From Perna viridis (taxonomy: Eukaryota), in NCBI GenBank assembly GCA_037379345.1, contig CM074518.1, positions 26,784,001 to 26,848,000 on the forward strand: DNA of 64,000 nt, read 5' to 3'. Position numbers and translations under genes: made by a program. Of the stretch, positions 25,001 through 36,592 are shown in pieces; the first letter of the stretch is position 1; each line of letters starts with the position of its first letter. The notes under the pieces are model-generated. The model was not told where the DNA came from. It made no database searches and was given only the letters and a program-made list of their open reading frames with translations.

Positions 25001-28000
25001 GCAAACGATGGTTTTTTAGTCTACATATGCTATATATTATATAATAATAATCATTTCAGTATTCCGATCTATACTTTTGAGAAAATAATAAATTTATCTC
25101 ACACTAGAATCTACCAAATGGAACCAAATCAAGAACAATAACTCTTGCAAAGTGCCGATTTCATGTAAATCTATGTAATTTATATCTCAAAAGCGCAACA
25201 ACCATGAAAAACTAAGACTTCTTGTGATCAGTTACGTTTTCTGAAAAAAAAATTAATTCGGTGGGTTTTTGACATGCATGAATCATCTTCTGCTTGTTTT
25301 TCAAAGAAAGACTAGTAGTCTTTTGTAAAAATCATGGCCGGAAATCATGGTATTTCAGCTCTTCCATTGTGAGATAATAGGGAACATCTAAAAATATGCA
25401 TAGAAACAAGACGGCAGATAAAAAATACGTTCAGTGCAAACTTCTCGTAGAAAAAAATAGATATGGAATTTTTTTTCAATCTCGGAGGTAAGAACAAGAA
25501 ATAATTGTACGAGAGTTGTAGTACAGAACGACATGAATAAAACGGCGAATTTCTTAAAGGAACTTATGAGTAAGTAAAACAAATCTTTAAAAAACTGCAA
25601 ACAGGCTGAGGTGAATTCGAGTATAGGAATGATTTTGGCTGTTATAGCCCCTACCAATGAAGTAACGATACAGAAAAACTGACATGAACATTTAAACCGT
25701 TAATCTTTCATATTTTTTTATTACCGTTTTGTTCACGGAGGTCGTCGATTCGACGTTTGCTGCTTCCGTAAGTAGATGACAGGTCAACAAAAGAAGTTCT
25801 GTCATTACGTTGTTCTCGTATTCCTGAAACAAAATTTCAAACAAGACTAATCAGAATGATTACTTTTATCTGCAACGAGTATTCATTAAATTAAAACAAA
25901 TCAAAACAGTAGTTGAATAATTTTCTTATTTGCATTCAATTTTAATACATTGTTACTAGTCACGACAACGCTATATTTATTCAGTTCAATTGTATTTTCG
26001 AGTGAAACTACTTGTACATTAATGAAAATAGAATCCATGTCTTCCAGTTTAAAAGTCGACTGTTTTTACAAATAAAATTTGAGAGGCGGAACTACTTTGG
26101 ACTATCGTCATTTATTTCTATATATACTCCATGAATTTTCAAACTATTGTTGTCACGAAAGCATCATTTCTTTTTTTGAACGACACCATGAATGTTTTCA
26201 TGATCAATCGATCTTCTGTCGAATTGTACAATGGGAAAATCGTTGACCTTATTTCACACATTTTTGCATTTAGAGCACGCTTTCCGTTGTAGTATCATTT
26301 TTTTAAAATTGCACCGAAATGACGATTGTCCTTCTTGTTTTTATCATATTCATTGAGTACAAATATTTTTCACATACTAATTTAATTAATCATAGATATT
26401 CATTATAAAATATATTGAAAAAAACCCTAAGGCTTCTATTTGATTTTATTAAGATATACATGTATATTCATGTAACAATATATTGTTTCCTACAAAACAA
26501 CGGTGTTTTAGCTAATTAGTTTACCATCAGTGCACAATATATCTCCATGCATGGGACTTCGTCTTACAAAGTGTAAACAGCTTGACTTAAATTCGTTTTG
26601 GAAGTTGTCATCACCTTCAGGTAAGGGAATTGGAAAACATTCAGGACTACAAACGAATACACATGATATTAGAAAGCGTTTTCTGTTTGCGTTTGGAAAA
26701 ATTATTTAAGTCAAACCAATATCCTTTATATTAAATAAAGAATACTCATATATATCAAGCTACATTCAATGATTGCAAACATGTTGTGCTTTCTTTTCAG
26801 CGAGTTCTAAACATGTGCAAACAAATAAGACGTGTGCTTTGCCATTGAATTATTTAAATAAATCATCTACAGATGACTGACCACTTTTTATAATATACAC
26901 CGAATGTTTTTTCACCACATTCTAGTATGAACTTTCCTTTCATCTGTGGCACCATCCCTTCAGCACCTGCGTATGGAGTGTTCATATCACAACGCCAGAG
27001 CGTACCGAAACTACGCAGACTTTTTGTATCTCGCTAGAATTCTAACAAATAGGCTTCTGGAACAGGGTTATGTTGCTACAAGATTAAAGTTATCACTACA
27101 GAATTTTTATGGTCGTCATCATGAACTCGTGGATCGTTTCGGTGTTTCCATCTGAGCCATGAAAACTGATCAACGTGTCACAGTTTTCCTTTCCTATTTC
27201 GTCTTATCCGGACTTGACTTTTTATGAGCAACTCGGCGGGTGTTTCTAGACAAGCAGAGGACGCTTACCCTACCGGTGCGCCTGGTCCATGCTCCCAGTT
27301 TTCTTGGCCTCATAGACCGTCGACATACAAAAATAATTATATGCACGATTACAAACCATTTTCACACTATACCAACGGAACGTCTATAGGGTTTGTAAGT
27401 CTCGTTCTAGTTTCAGTTTTCCTCCCGGAATTTTAGATGTAGAACGTATTGAAATCCAAAGGCCGGTCTGCATTTTATTATTCACTTCCGGGAAATGAAA
27501 ACGCTGCATCACTATGCAAAATCTTCTATTTCTATGCTTTTCTTAACATATTTATTCAGTAGAACTAGATATTTGTCATTTGTTATCAGTATTTTTTCAC
27601 AAAAAATATATTTTGCTTTTAACAATGACCTCAATGCTATGTTAAGGACGAATATCTATGCATTTGAAAGGGAGATGACCGATTCTCATGAAATCACGGA
27701 GTCACGTGACGAGACTTACATACCCTATTCAATATTCAGGTACGAGACCACAATTATCTGCCCTAAGCTTTTCCTTGTATAAGAGGAATAATGAAATTAT
27801 TTCAATAGATGTGTTGAAATGAGAAATTTGACATTTAGGTTGTGATTTGGTGAGGTCAAAAAAGGTCAAGTTTGTGACATCCGGAAGCCATTTTGGGTCA
27901 TTTTTAGGGTATCTCTGAGTTTGTGCATATAAATTGAAAAAATAATGATAATTTTTTTTATATTTTTATATAAGTTGTTGGAAGGTTCAAATTAACATAC

Positions 28001-30684
28001 CTGAAAATCTGATTTGAATTGCGCCGGTGGAATTTTTTTAAATTACAGAAAGGCTATAGAGAAGATAGTGGGAAAATTAATTGTGGTTTCGTGCCTTCAG
28101 TGTGAAACATTTGCACCAGCATATTGTACTAGGTTAAACTGGTTCTACTATATAATAATAAATAATCAACTGTATATGACTGAATACGTGTCGACAAAGT
28201 CAAATCAATATTACATACAATATTATAATATGAATTCGTCTTTCAGATGAAACTTACTGTGTTTGACCTGGATCGATACAATTTTCATCACAATTTTCAA
28301 TTTTACCCAAGTAAATATCTCCTGCGAAAATAAAATAAAAGGCCATTTAATTAATATTACTAAATTGTAAATTTTAATAATACATCGTTACGACTTATTT
28401 GTTTCATTTGTTGATGTTTTTGACCATTTACTATCTCCACAATAATGTGTACGTGTTACAATGTAAATGTATTTGTGGTTCCTTGGAAACATTTCATAAG
28501 GGCCTAAACATGCTAAATTCGCCCGATAAATTTAAATAAGATGTTATCAACCCAACAATAGTTTTATCTGAATATTTCGAACAAAGAAGAAACATGGAAA
28601 GTGAGATTGAATGATCCGAATTGATGCTTTTCATACTTGAAATGAGATAAATAGATCTGGATCTTACTGTGAGTATATTTTTATATTGTAAACATTTCAA
28701 AAGCAGCAACAATTTTATCTAGATAAGCTTATGTAAGTATTTGTCAATCGTTTGATTAATATTCAACATTGCATAACTTACCATTTTCGCCTATCTTTGG
28801 AATTCCCGAATTTGGAGTGAAAATTATATCATGATCTACAAACTGGGCGAAGTGAACCAAAGTTAATGTAAATCTGTTACTCTTCGGGGATCTGTTGTTC
28901 CGTGCTGTACTTAATACAACATTAGATATTAGTCGTGGGCTTTTCAGGAACCGGCCTGGTATTTTACTCTTCGATCTTGGAGTTCCTAAAATAATTTCAA
29001 TCTTAAAGTTTTCGACTGATTGATAAAATCTACCTTAGATGACACACTTGTGCTAAAATTTGTTTTAAAATTTGTGATAAAAATTGTATTTTGAAAACAT
29101 TCATAAAATGTCTTTGATAAAAGATTTATTAAATATTTCCTTTCCTATATTGATCACTTTTTTTCAAAAACTTGGCACCATTTATTTTTAAGCAATACAT
29201 TGCAACGGATAATTTATCATTGTTTTATTTCCTTTTGAAAAGCAATCTGTATATTTTGTAATTGCGTTATACGTAATAGACGATGAAGAAATGTATATAC
29301 TTTTCGTTTATTAAGGAGGTATAAGTAAACAACTTGATTCATTTTTACTAAATGAAGAATGTAAAAACAGAACAAACTTCAAAAGAAAGTAACCAGTATT
29401 CATCATATTTACCCTTTCCATCGTCGTATGCATTCGGCAAGATTCGTGGCTGGGCAATAATTGACGCACCCTTCGTGACGGTTTCGTCCGGGTTATTGCA
29501 CGTTCCATCTGGAACTCTATATGGATACCCTGGTTTACAACTATCCCTTGGTACTGGTGGACAATTTGCTATCAGCACATTTCTTAATCCAGCCAAAGAT
29601 GATTCACGTTCTGGAGAACCGGCAACCCTTTTAGAAAACATACATGTATCAGATAATATAACTTTACTATAAATTAATGCAAAATATAAAACAAAAAGTA
29701 ACATACACATATTTAAGTAATTTTTATGTAAATAAATTCCGATCGATCGAGTAAGTGGATCTTGATATTTATGTAAACTTTCATCTGGTACAATTTTTTT
29801 CTCTATCAAACCAACTATGTAGTGTGGTTCATTAGTCCTCCGACCAAAATATGATTGTTCTATTCTATATCCTTTATTGAGCTACAGCTATGATAATATA
29901 TGAACACATTTTGCATGCAGAATAAAACATCAAAGTCAATATAACTGTTTTAATTGTCCAGTATTTCACTTTAATCATCAAGTTCATTTCTTATAATTTT
30001 AATTTGTTGTTTTATCTGCAAACATCCTTTACTACTTTCGTCTTTGTTACATATTGTATAAACACATTAAATATTGTTACCCCGAGTTTTCTTAGCAAAA
30101 CAACCAACAGTGTTAAAGTACCCGATACCGGCTGGTAATCGCCGTGCAAGATTTTGTGAGAAAAGACCAGCTCTGATTGCTTGTCCAGCTGCCCTTGGGT
30201 CCTCTGTCTGTCCACTGAATAAATCAAGTTTATCCTTTGGTGTGTCTCCTGATGGAACTTCAGATTGTGGGGATACAGCACCTACAGGTCCTGCTGAACC
30301 AACAGAACCTGGTGGTAGAGCTATACAACAAAAGGAATATTGTCATAAAACTAGTTTCAGCGAACTCCACGGTACGTTGTTGAAAATTTTAGGAATACAT
30401 TGATACACAAAACCTTAAAAAAAACAAACATTCGGAATTCTCATAAAACTTGTTCACTATATATATATATATTGATAGTGGAAAAAAAACTTCAGTGCCC
30501 CTTTTATGTGGGGGAATTAGAAATACTCACGCGCCGACCGTGCAGGTGAAGACAAATTCCGTCTTGTGTCTTCAGCAGCATCATTAACGGCTTGGCTAAT
30601 TAAGTCGGCTAGATTACCATTCTGGCCTTCAATTATGTAAATAACTGCACAAAATAGGAATATTGCTTCCAATATCAAATGCAT
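19756..30684 (-). CDS. Secreted animal heme peroxidase (chorion peroxidase/peroxinectin-like), paralog B, 746 aa
   Basis: Exons (5'->3') 30531-30684, 30122-30320 (donor least certain), 29413-29627, 28782-28985, 28258-28321, 26525-26646, 25725-25823, 24648-24740, 23607-24221, 21786-21912, 21040-21224, 20303-20405, 19756-19816 join in frame (2241 nt). Signal peptide MHLILEAIFLFCAVIYIIEG, YRVPDGTCNN, AQFVDHD, GDDRHQE, AYRFGHS, NIHRGRDHG. AATAAA at 19705-19710 (-). Confidence 0.92.
20494..20620 (+). repeat. 3' remnant of the tRNA-headed repeat plus compound (TA)n(GA)n microsatellite
   Basis: caaatttgaca...acatcgttggg..ttttcagacc matches the 3' end of the 59074-59292 family and is followed by (TA)n then (GA)n. 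Confidence 0.75.
21966..22006. repeat. Poly(A)/poly(T) run, ~40 nt
   Basis: Homopolymer in a peroxidase B intron, ~50 nt upstream of the 21912 acceptor. Confidence 0.9.
26930..27302 (+). mobile_element. 5'-truncated Penelope-like element with C-terminal RT (Naiad-type), plus 3' UTR
   Basis: Translation NFPFICGTIPSAPAYGVFISQ/(frameshift)/ARAYRNYADFL...LLEQGY...LKLSLQNFYGRHHELVDRFGVSI resembles the PLE RT thumb. The ORF ends there with no GIY-YIG following, consistent with the permuted EN-RT clade. Confidence 0.75.
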
Positions 30685-30753
30685 GGTCTAAAAAAATAAG
30701 TTTTGATATTTGTAATGATTGCGAAGATGCATTATCGACTTTTTTTGTTAAAA

Positions 30754-30784
<31 letters not shown>

Positions 30785-30789
<5 letters not shown>

Positions 30790-30965
30790 GTCTAAACTAC
30801 ACCCCAACTCTAGAATGATGCGAGGTTGCGATGCAAATTTGGTCCTTCCCTCAGCGGGATTCGAACCCCTTCTCTTCTCTGACATCTATGGCAACACCGC
30901 CTGCACTAAGTCCAGCGCTTTAGTCCACTCGGCCAACTTGACTATATAAAAATATAGCTTTCGTT
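30785..30965 (-). mobile_element. tRNA-Leu-headed repeat next to (TA)n
   Basis: Minus strand: A-box tggccgagtggactaaagcgctgg, B-box gggttcgaatccc. Homologous to the 44953 and 59074 copies. Confidence 0.75.
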
Positions 30966-32266
30966 ATCATTCGTTATACATATTTTATTCCAATTCCATG
31001 CCATGTGCAATGATACGCAAATCCGTGTTGCTTCAAAATTTAGATTTTTTTTGTTTTGTTGCATCGTGAACATTCTAATATGAAACAGATGAAATCTAAA
31101 ACACTCCAGAAACAAAGATTGTTTATGCCCCACATTAGTATCGGAACTTCACGGTCAAATCGAATCTTGGCCTGACATTTCAAATATCCCGTTGTGATGT
31201 CATGATTTTACAATAAAAATTCTGGTGCCAGAAACCATATTTTCCGCCATATTGCAGTTTTTGTCATGGCTAAGTGTATACCACAACCTTATGTTAACCT
31301 CCATTCAATCATTTTTGAACTTTTCTCCCATTTAGCTCACGTCGGGGCCATAAAATGAGACAGAAGAAATCTTCATCGTTCCCGAAGATAAATAATTAGA
31401 CAAGTGAAAACTGAAATGCTCAAAAAAAGGTTCATACCCATAATTAATCATCAAAAACAACATTCCATTTTTACACCATATATAATTACGACCTTAAATA
31501 ATGATCAATGTTCATACGTTTGAGCCTGAAATTTTACTTGTATCAGTCACGCACTCACTAATGATAATTTCGATTTACGCATCATACACAATTCGTAGAT
31601 GAGCGCATTGAAATTACGGTAAAATGTTTATATATCCTAGATATAATGCATCCAAAAGAACACGGCAATAAGAAAGAAACACGGTGATGAAAAAAGAATA
31701 TAAAATGCTACTTTGATGGTTTGTTGCATATCGTGTTTATTTTTCTTAGCAGGTTAAAAAAAATAAACAGATTAAAAAAGAAAAACTAACTTACCTAAAC
31801 ATATAACGTTTCTGTCCTCTAACATAACATAAAGTAGTGCGATTCAAACGGTGCTAATTCTCTTTTTATCTCATTCCGTTAATATGCGTACAATGAACTG
31901 CTTTGGTAAATGGGACTATAGAAGTCAAAAGGCTACGACGGGGGTTTAAAAGTACTTAATCTTCCATCCAATCGGTTGTTTCTATAATGCTACAGAAAAA
32001 AAAAACGCAGCATAATTTCCCTAACCAAACGTAAGTCTTCTGAATTCAGAAAGTTTTCGTAAATACTTTAAAAATCCATCAAGTTCCCCTTATTTTTTCT
32101 TTGATTTCGTCTATGTTTAGAATATAAATCTGTGTACAAATGTTGCATGATTGTATGTCAGGGATTAAATTTTATTAGCATTTCATACCTAATCCTTCTT
32201 ATAACTTGCATCATGAAGTCGTATTTAACAGCATGAATGTACATGTATAGGAGGTGTAAGTGAATA

Positions 32267-32475
32267 AAAGTCATCAAGGGAATCAAGATATCAGCGGAAA
32301 TCAAAAGAATATATTTCAAGGGTAAAGACCAGACAGAGAAAACAGACACGCACAAAAAAGACCATGAAATATCCGAAATATTACGCGCAAAGAGTCAAAA
32401 GTCAATGAGCACCTCGTAATCTACTTTAAATTGGGATCATGGACTTGACGCACTAGTAGGGTAAGCGTCTACTGC
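32267..32475 (-). mobile_element. Diverged Penelope-like (Naiad-type) 3'-end fragment
   Basis: Reverse complement contains gacgcttaccctac...gtgctcat...gtctgttttctctgtctggtcttt...ttgattcccttgatgactt. Confidence 0.7.
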
Positions 32476-32710
32476 CTTCATACATGTAATTAGAATATCA
32501 GATATTTTTAGAAAGATATAATGTATTTTGTGGTAGTAAAATGTATTTATTAGTGACGCGTCCATTTTGAGATAGAGATAGATACAGCAGTAAAACTTGC
32601 CAAAAAGCAATTTGAAGACTTAAAAAAAAAAAGTCTGTGCAGTTGTTGACAGCAGATCGTGACATCTACGACGATATCCGATGTAATTTAACATTACAAA
32701 GAACTTCGTA

Positions 32711-33224
32711 CCCCGTGCAGGTTCGGGTGTCAAAAGAATAGGCCTGCAGCAGCGCTAAGCTTGTCGTAAAAGACGACTAAATAGTGCTCAGAAACCTAGC
32801 CGGGGGTTAGGCGCTCTGCCCACAGAGCAGCTGGGATGTGTGCCCCAGGTGGTGGAATGGGGTACCCCTGGCATGTTACATGCTGGGGTTGTCAGGCTAT
32901 AATACGGAAAACCTGACCGCAAACCATAGTGGTGCACGGTGTTGGGAAAGATGCCACGTTCCTCGCACGTTAAAGAACCCTGCTGTGGTATTCGATAGGA
33001 GTAGGAACCTTTGCGCTCCGCCACAGGAGGCTAAATTGCGCGACCTTACCCATCCCCCCTTTTTTCTAGTGGCAATCAAAATTTGTCGACTCTATTATCC
33101 TTGTGACCCATCCTTTTTTTTATCATTTCATGTTCATTTTATCATCCATTTCATGTTCATTGTCTGAATATAGCTGAAATATTGCCGCTCGGACGTTAAA
33201 CCCAAACAAACAAACAAAAAACAA
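32711..33224 (+). mobile_element. Full-length SINE-like non-autonomous retroelement, copy 1
   Basis: Flanked by a 15-bp TSD acaaagaact(t/a)cgta (32696-32710 / 33225-33239). (CAAA)n tail. Highly similar to 57497-58064. Confidence 0.9.
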
Positions 33225-34824
33225 ACAAAGAACTACGTAAAGGTTTTGTTTTGCCAAACCATAAGTCATAATAACCCTGAGACAACCATATTAGACCGAA
33301 ATCCTGTGCATGTGTTATGTCGCAGTGGAAGGCAGGGGATGATTTTAATATATGTTATATGCATTTTCTTTTCACATCGTATGTTTCAGTGACGACACAC
33401 ATTTCATCATTAATCACTTTGAGGGTGATATGGAATTTTTTTACGAATTATACGGATGTCAATCAACTTGGCAGTTTTTAACAAACATGCAGCTAAAGTC
33501 GTATGTTTTAAGTAACGTTGTACGGATAAAGTAACATCAAACCAAAACAAGTAAATAAATAAATTAAAAAATAAACAGAAATAAAAAAAATGAGGTTTAA
33601 CATAATCTCTTCTTAACATTATAAATGACATTTTGCTATGTGCCAATATGATATTCCCAGAAACATTCATTAATGATACAAAAGTTCAATACTGTACTTT
33701 TTCCGTTGTGACGTCTGCCACAATTATGTCAATTTTGAAATGTACACGCTTGACTTCAGGAGAAAAACTTGTATCATATCCCCATTTTTTTCTTTTAATA
33801 AATAAAAATCGTCATAAACTTCAGAAGTTCTTCAAAAAAAAAAATGAACTAAGCATTCGGTTTGTTCTCTTTCTATTTGTTATATTATTAAAGTATTGAC
33901 AGAACCGATTTAAAAATCATTTTATATCGAGTTCGAAGCAGTTGCAATAAAAGCATGTAAAATTCTTGTTTCTTTACTACTTGTAGAGACTGTCGAAATG
34001 GGAAGAATTACATCTCTTTTCTGTTAAACAAATTATCGTCATTTTGTATCGTCAATTTCAGTTTTTTTCACTTTGAACGCTTTATCGTGTTATTTCATTT
34101 TTAATTTAAACACCTTCAAATAATTTAAAGATTCGTTACGTACATGTACGAAAAATACTTGTATTCTAATGTATTTATCATGACATTCAAACTCTGCAGA
34201 ACTTCACAAATGACCAATAAGCTATTTACCTTTTGATTGCCTTTTAATGTGCTTTTGAAGGAAACTCGTATCATTTACATAATCCCATTCTTATGTGTTG
34301 AATATTTAATTACTTTTCCGTATTTATATATATATACCAAAGACTCATAGAGTGAGATTTTTTATAGGACTGTTTAATACGGCTCGAACGTTGGCATTTT
34401 GCAATCAGATCATAGCATACATTAGTGGAATAAAAAATATATCAAGTGTTTTAAGTCTAAAAAGAGTTTTTTTTCATTTATTTATACATGTAACTTATAT
34501 ATACATATATATTGGCTGTAGTTTGTTGCATGAATTGAAAGATGAGAAAGAGTCGATCGACTTGACAAATTCTGTATTGTACTCCATGACTCATAGACTG
34601 ATATGAAATTTTGATATTCTACCTCTTTTGCACGAGACTATGACAGTGATCCCGAAAAAACTATTATTTAGTATTTAGAAGCTAAATAAATCTAATATAT
34701 CGAGCCCAAAGTATGGGTTACGATCGATAAAGTAAGTTTATCAACGAAACGAAAAATTGAGGGACGCGTATGATATTGAACATACAATATTTATGATAAT
34801 GATATAACATGATAATATGTATGC

Positions 34825-34980
34825 ATCAAGTGAACCAAGGTTATAGCGGTAATCAACAGAATGTAATCCAGGGACAAAGACCAGACATGGAAAACAGACA
34901 CATACAATAAAGAACACAAAATAACTAAAATCATACACACAAAGCAACAAAAACAAAAGAGCAACTCGGACTCCAGTTTT
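34825..34980 (-). mobile_element. Penelope-like (Naiad-type) 3'-end fragment
   Basis: Reverse complement of ggagtccgagttgctc...gattaccgctataaccttggttcacttgat. Confidence 0.8.
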
Positions 34981-36432
34981 TAAAACTAATGGTAAGAAGT
35001 CTAGTCAATTTTCATTCAGAATTGTCTAAAATCAAGCTGAGTATAGAAGTTAAGTTTTGAAAGAGGTTTGGTAGTACATTTTGCAGATTCAGCTAAGTAG
35101 CGTTGTTGTATGGATTCTTCCGGAATCAAGTAAATGCACATATACTACCAGTAGATCACAGTAAATCGTCGCTGGAAGAGAGATCAAAAGAGGATAGCAT
35201 ATATTTATGGTTTTTTTTTGTTGGGGGGCGCGATAGCAGTATAGGTTTTATTATTGCTATTTATTTTCTACGTCTACCTCTGATAATAAACATTGAATGA
35301 AATGCGTTTTGAAGACAAAAAAAGTGATGTTTTGGGCTTTTTCCGTTGGTACGAGATCATACTTGTCAAGTTTAATAGACATACATGAAACTCGTTTCAT
35401 TTCAGAATGATCATATCTCTCAACGGATTGACCGAAACCGTTATTTCACACATGTCACTGATAAAAATTGTATTTTGAGAACATTCAATGCAAACGAAGT
35501 TGATTTTGTTCCTTCTTATTATTTAACAATTCAAATCTCGGTTATTTACAATTAAATCTAACTTGAACGTTGGTACCGGTTGTGAAGCCATAATTTTTAT
35601 GCATTGGTTTCTTTTGAGGACGACAAATTTTACACCTTTTATGTGGGAGTGTCGGTACATACGTAGAATACAGCCTAATAGCTTGATCAAAATATTTTGT
35701 TCTACGTGTTACGCTTAAATTGAAATAGAATAGAGGCGAATTTTAAGAAATGTTATTGGATTTGTCGCTTTATAATTAGTGAATAATTGCAATCGATGTA
35801 TTCAACAAAAAGTGTCCCATTCAATGATTGCCCAAGTGCGAGCAGGGAATTATACTTTTTAGAAAACCCGCTTTGTTTACCAAGTGAATGGTGTCAGGCC
35901 ATTTTATTGTTAATCTCTCGGAAGTGGGAATACTTATAATGATCAATCCGTTAATGGTTTAATATGTGTAATATAGTTACAGATGTTCATTTATATCCTG
36001 GTAATAAATACAGTATATATATTCATGTGATTAATTAAATAGCAAACGCACCTCAAGTGAGTTCAGTAGAATAAGACAAACCTGTCATGGTTCCATTTTA
36101 TAGAATATTTAAATCTCGCATTATTGATATTTTACGTAACTTAGGTGTGATGTTTTCCTAGTTGAAAAAAAGTAGACTGATTCCCGATCGCAATATTCAG
36201 TATGTTACACATATACAAAATATAACCTCGAGAGAGTGTATTGCTAGTAGCTAATACCTGGAACGTAGACCCGGGAACCAGGATAAAAAAGCTATGTAAA
36301 TAGCTTCTTTGACTTGAATGACTAAATCGTAATTATTACATGTATTTCCACAATGCTTTGAGAAGTTACATTATTGTCGATTTTTTCTCTAAATATACTG
36401 TATTAATCATAATCAACATTGCATGAGCATGT

Positions 36433-36592
36433 ACAAGGTTCCAGCGGAAATCAAAAGAAAGCAATCCAGGGACAAAGACCAAACATGGAAAACAGACACA
36501 TACAACAAAAAGCATTAAGTAACTAGAATAATACAAACAAAGTAACAAAAACAAATGAGCAACTCGGACTCCACTAAAACTGAGAGCATGGG
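36433..36592 (-). mobile_element. Penelope-like (Naiad-type) 3'-end fragment
   Basis: Reverse complement of ccatgctctcagttttagtggagtccgagttgctcat...gtccctggatt...ttttgatttccgct. Confidence 0.8.

Noticed and set aside
30074-30403. 109-aa plus-strand ORF
   Set aside because: Antisense shadow of peroxidase B exon 2.
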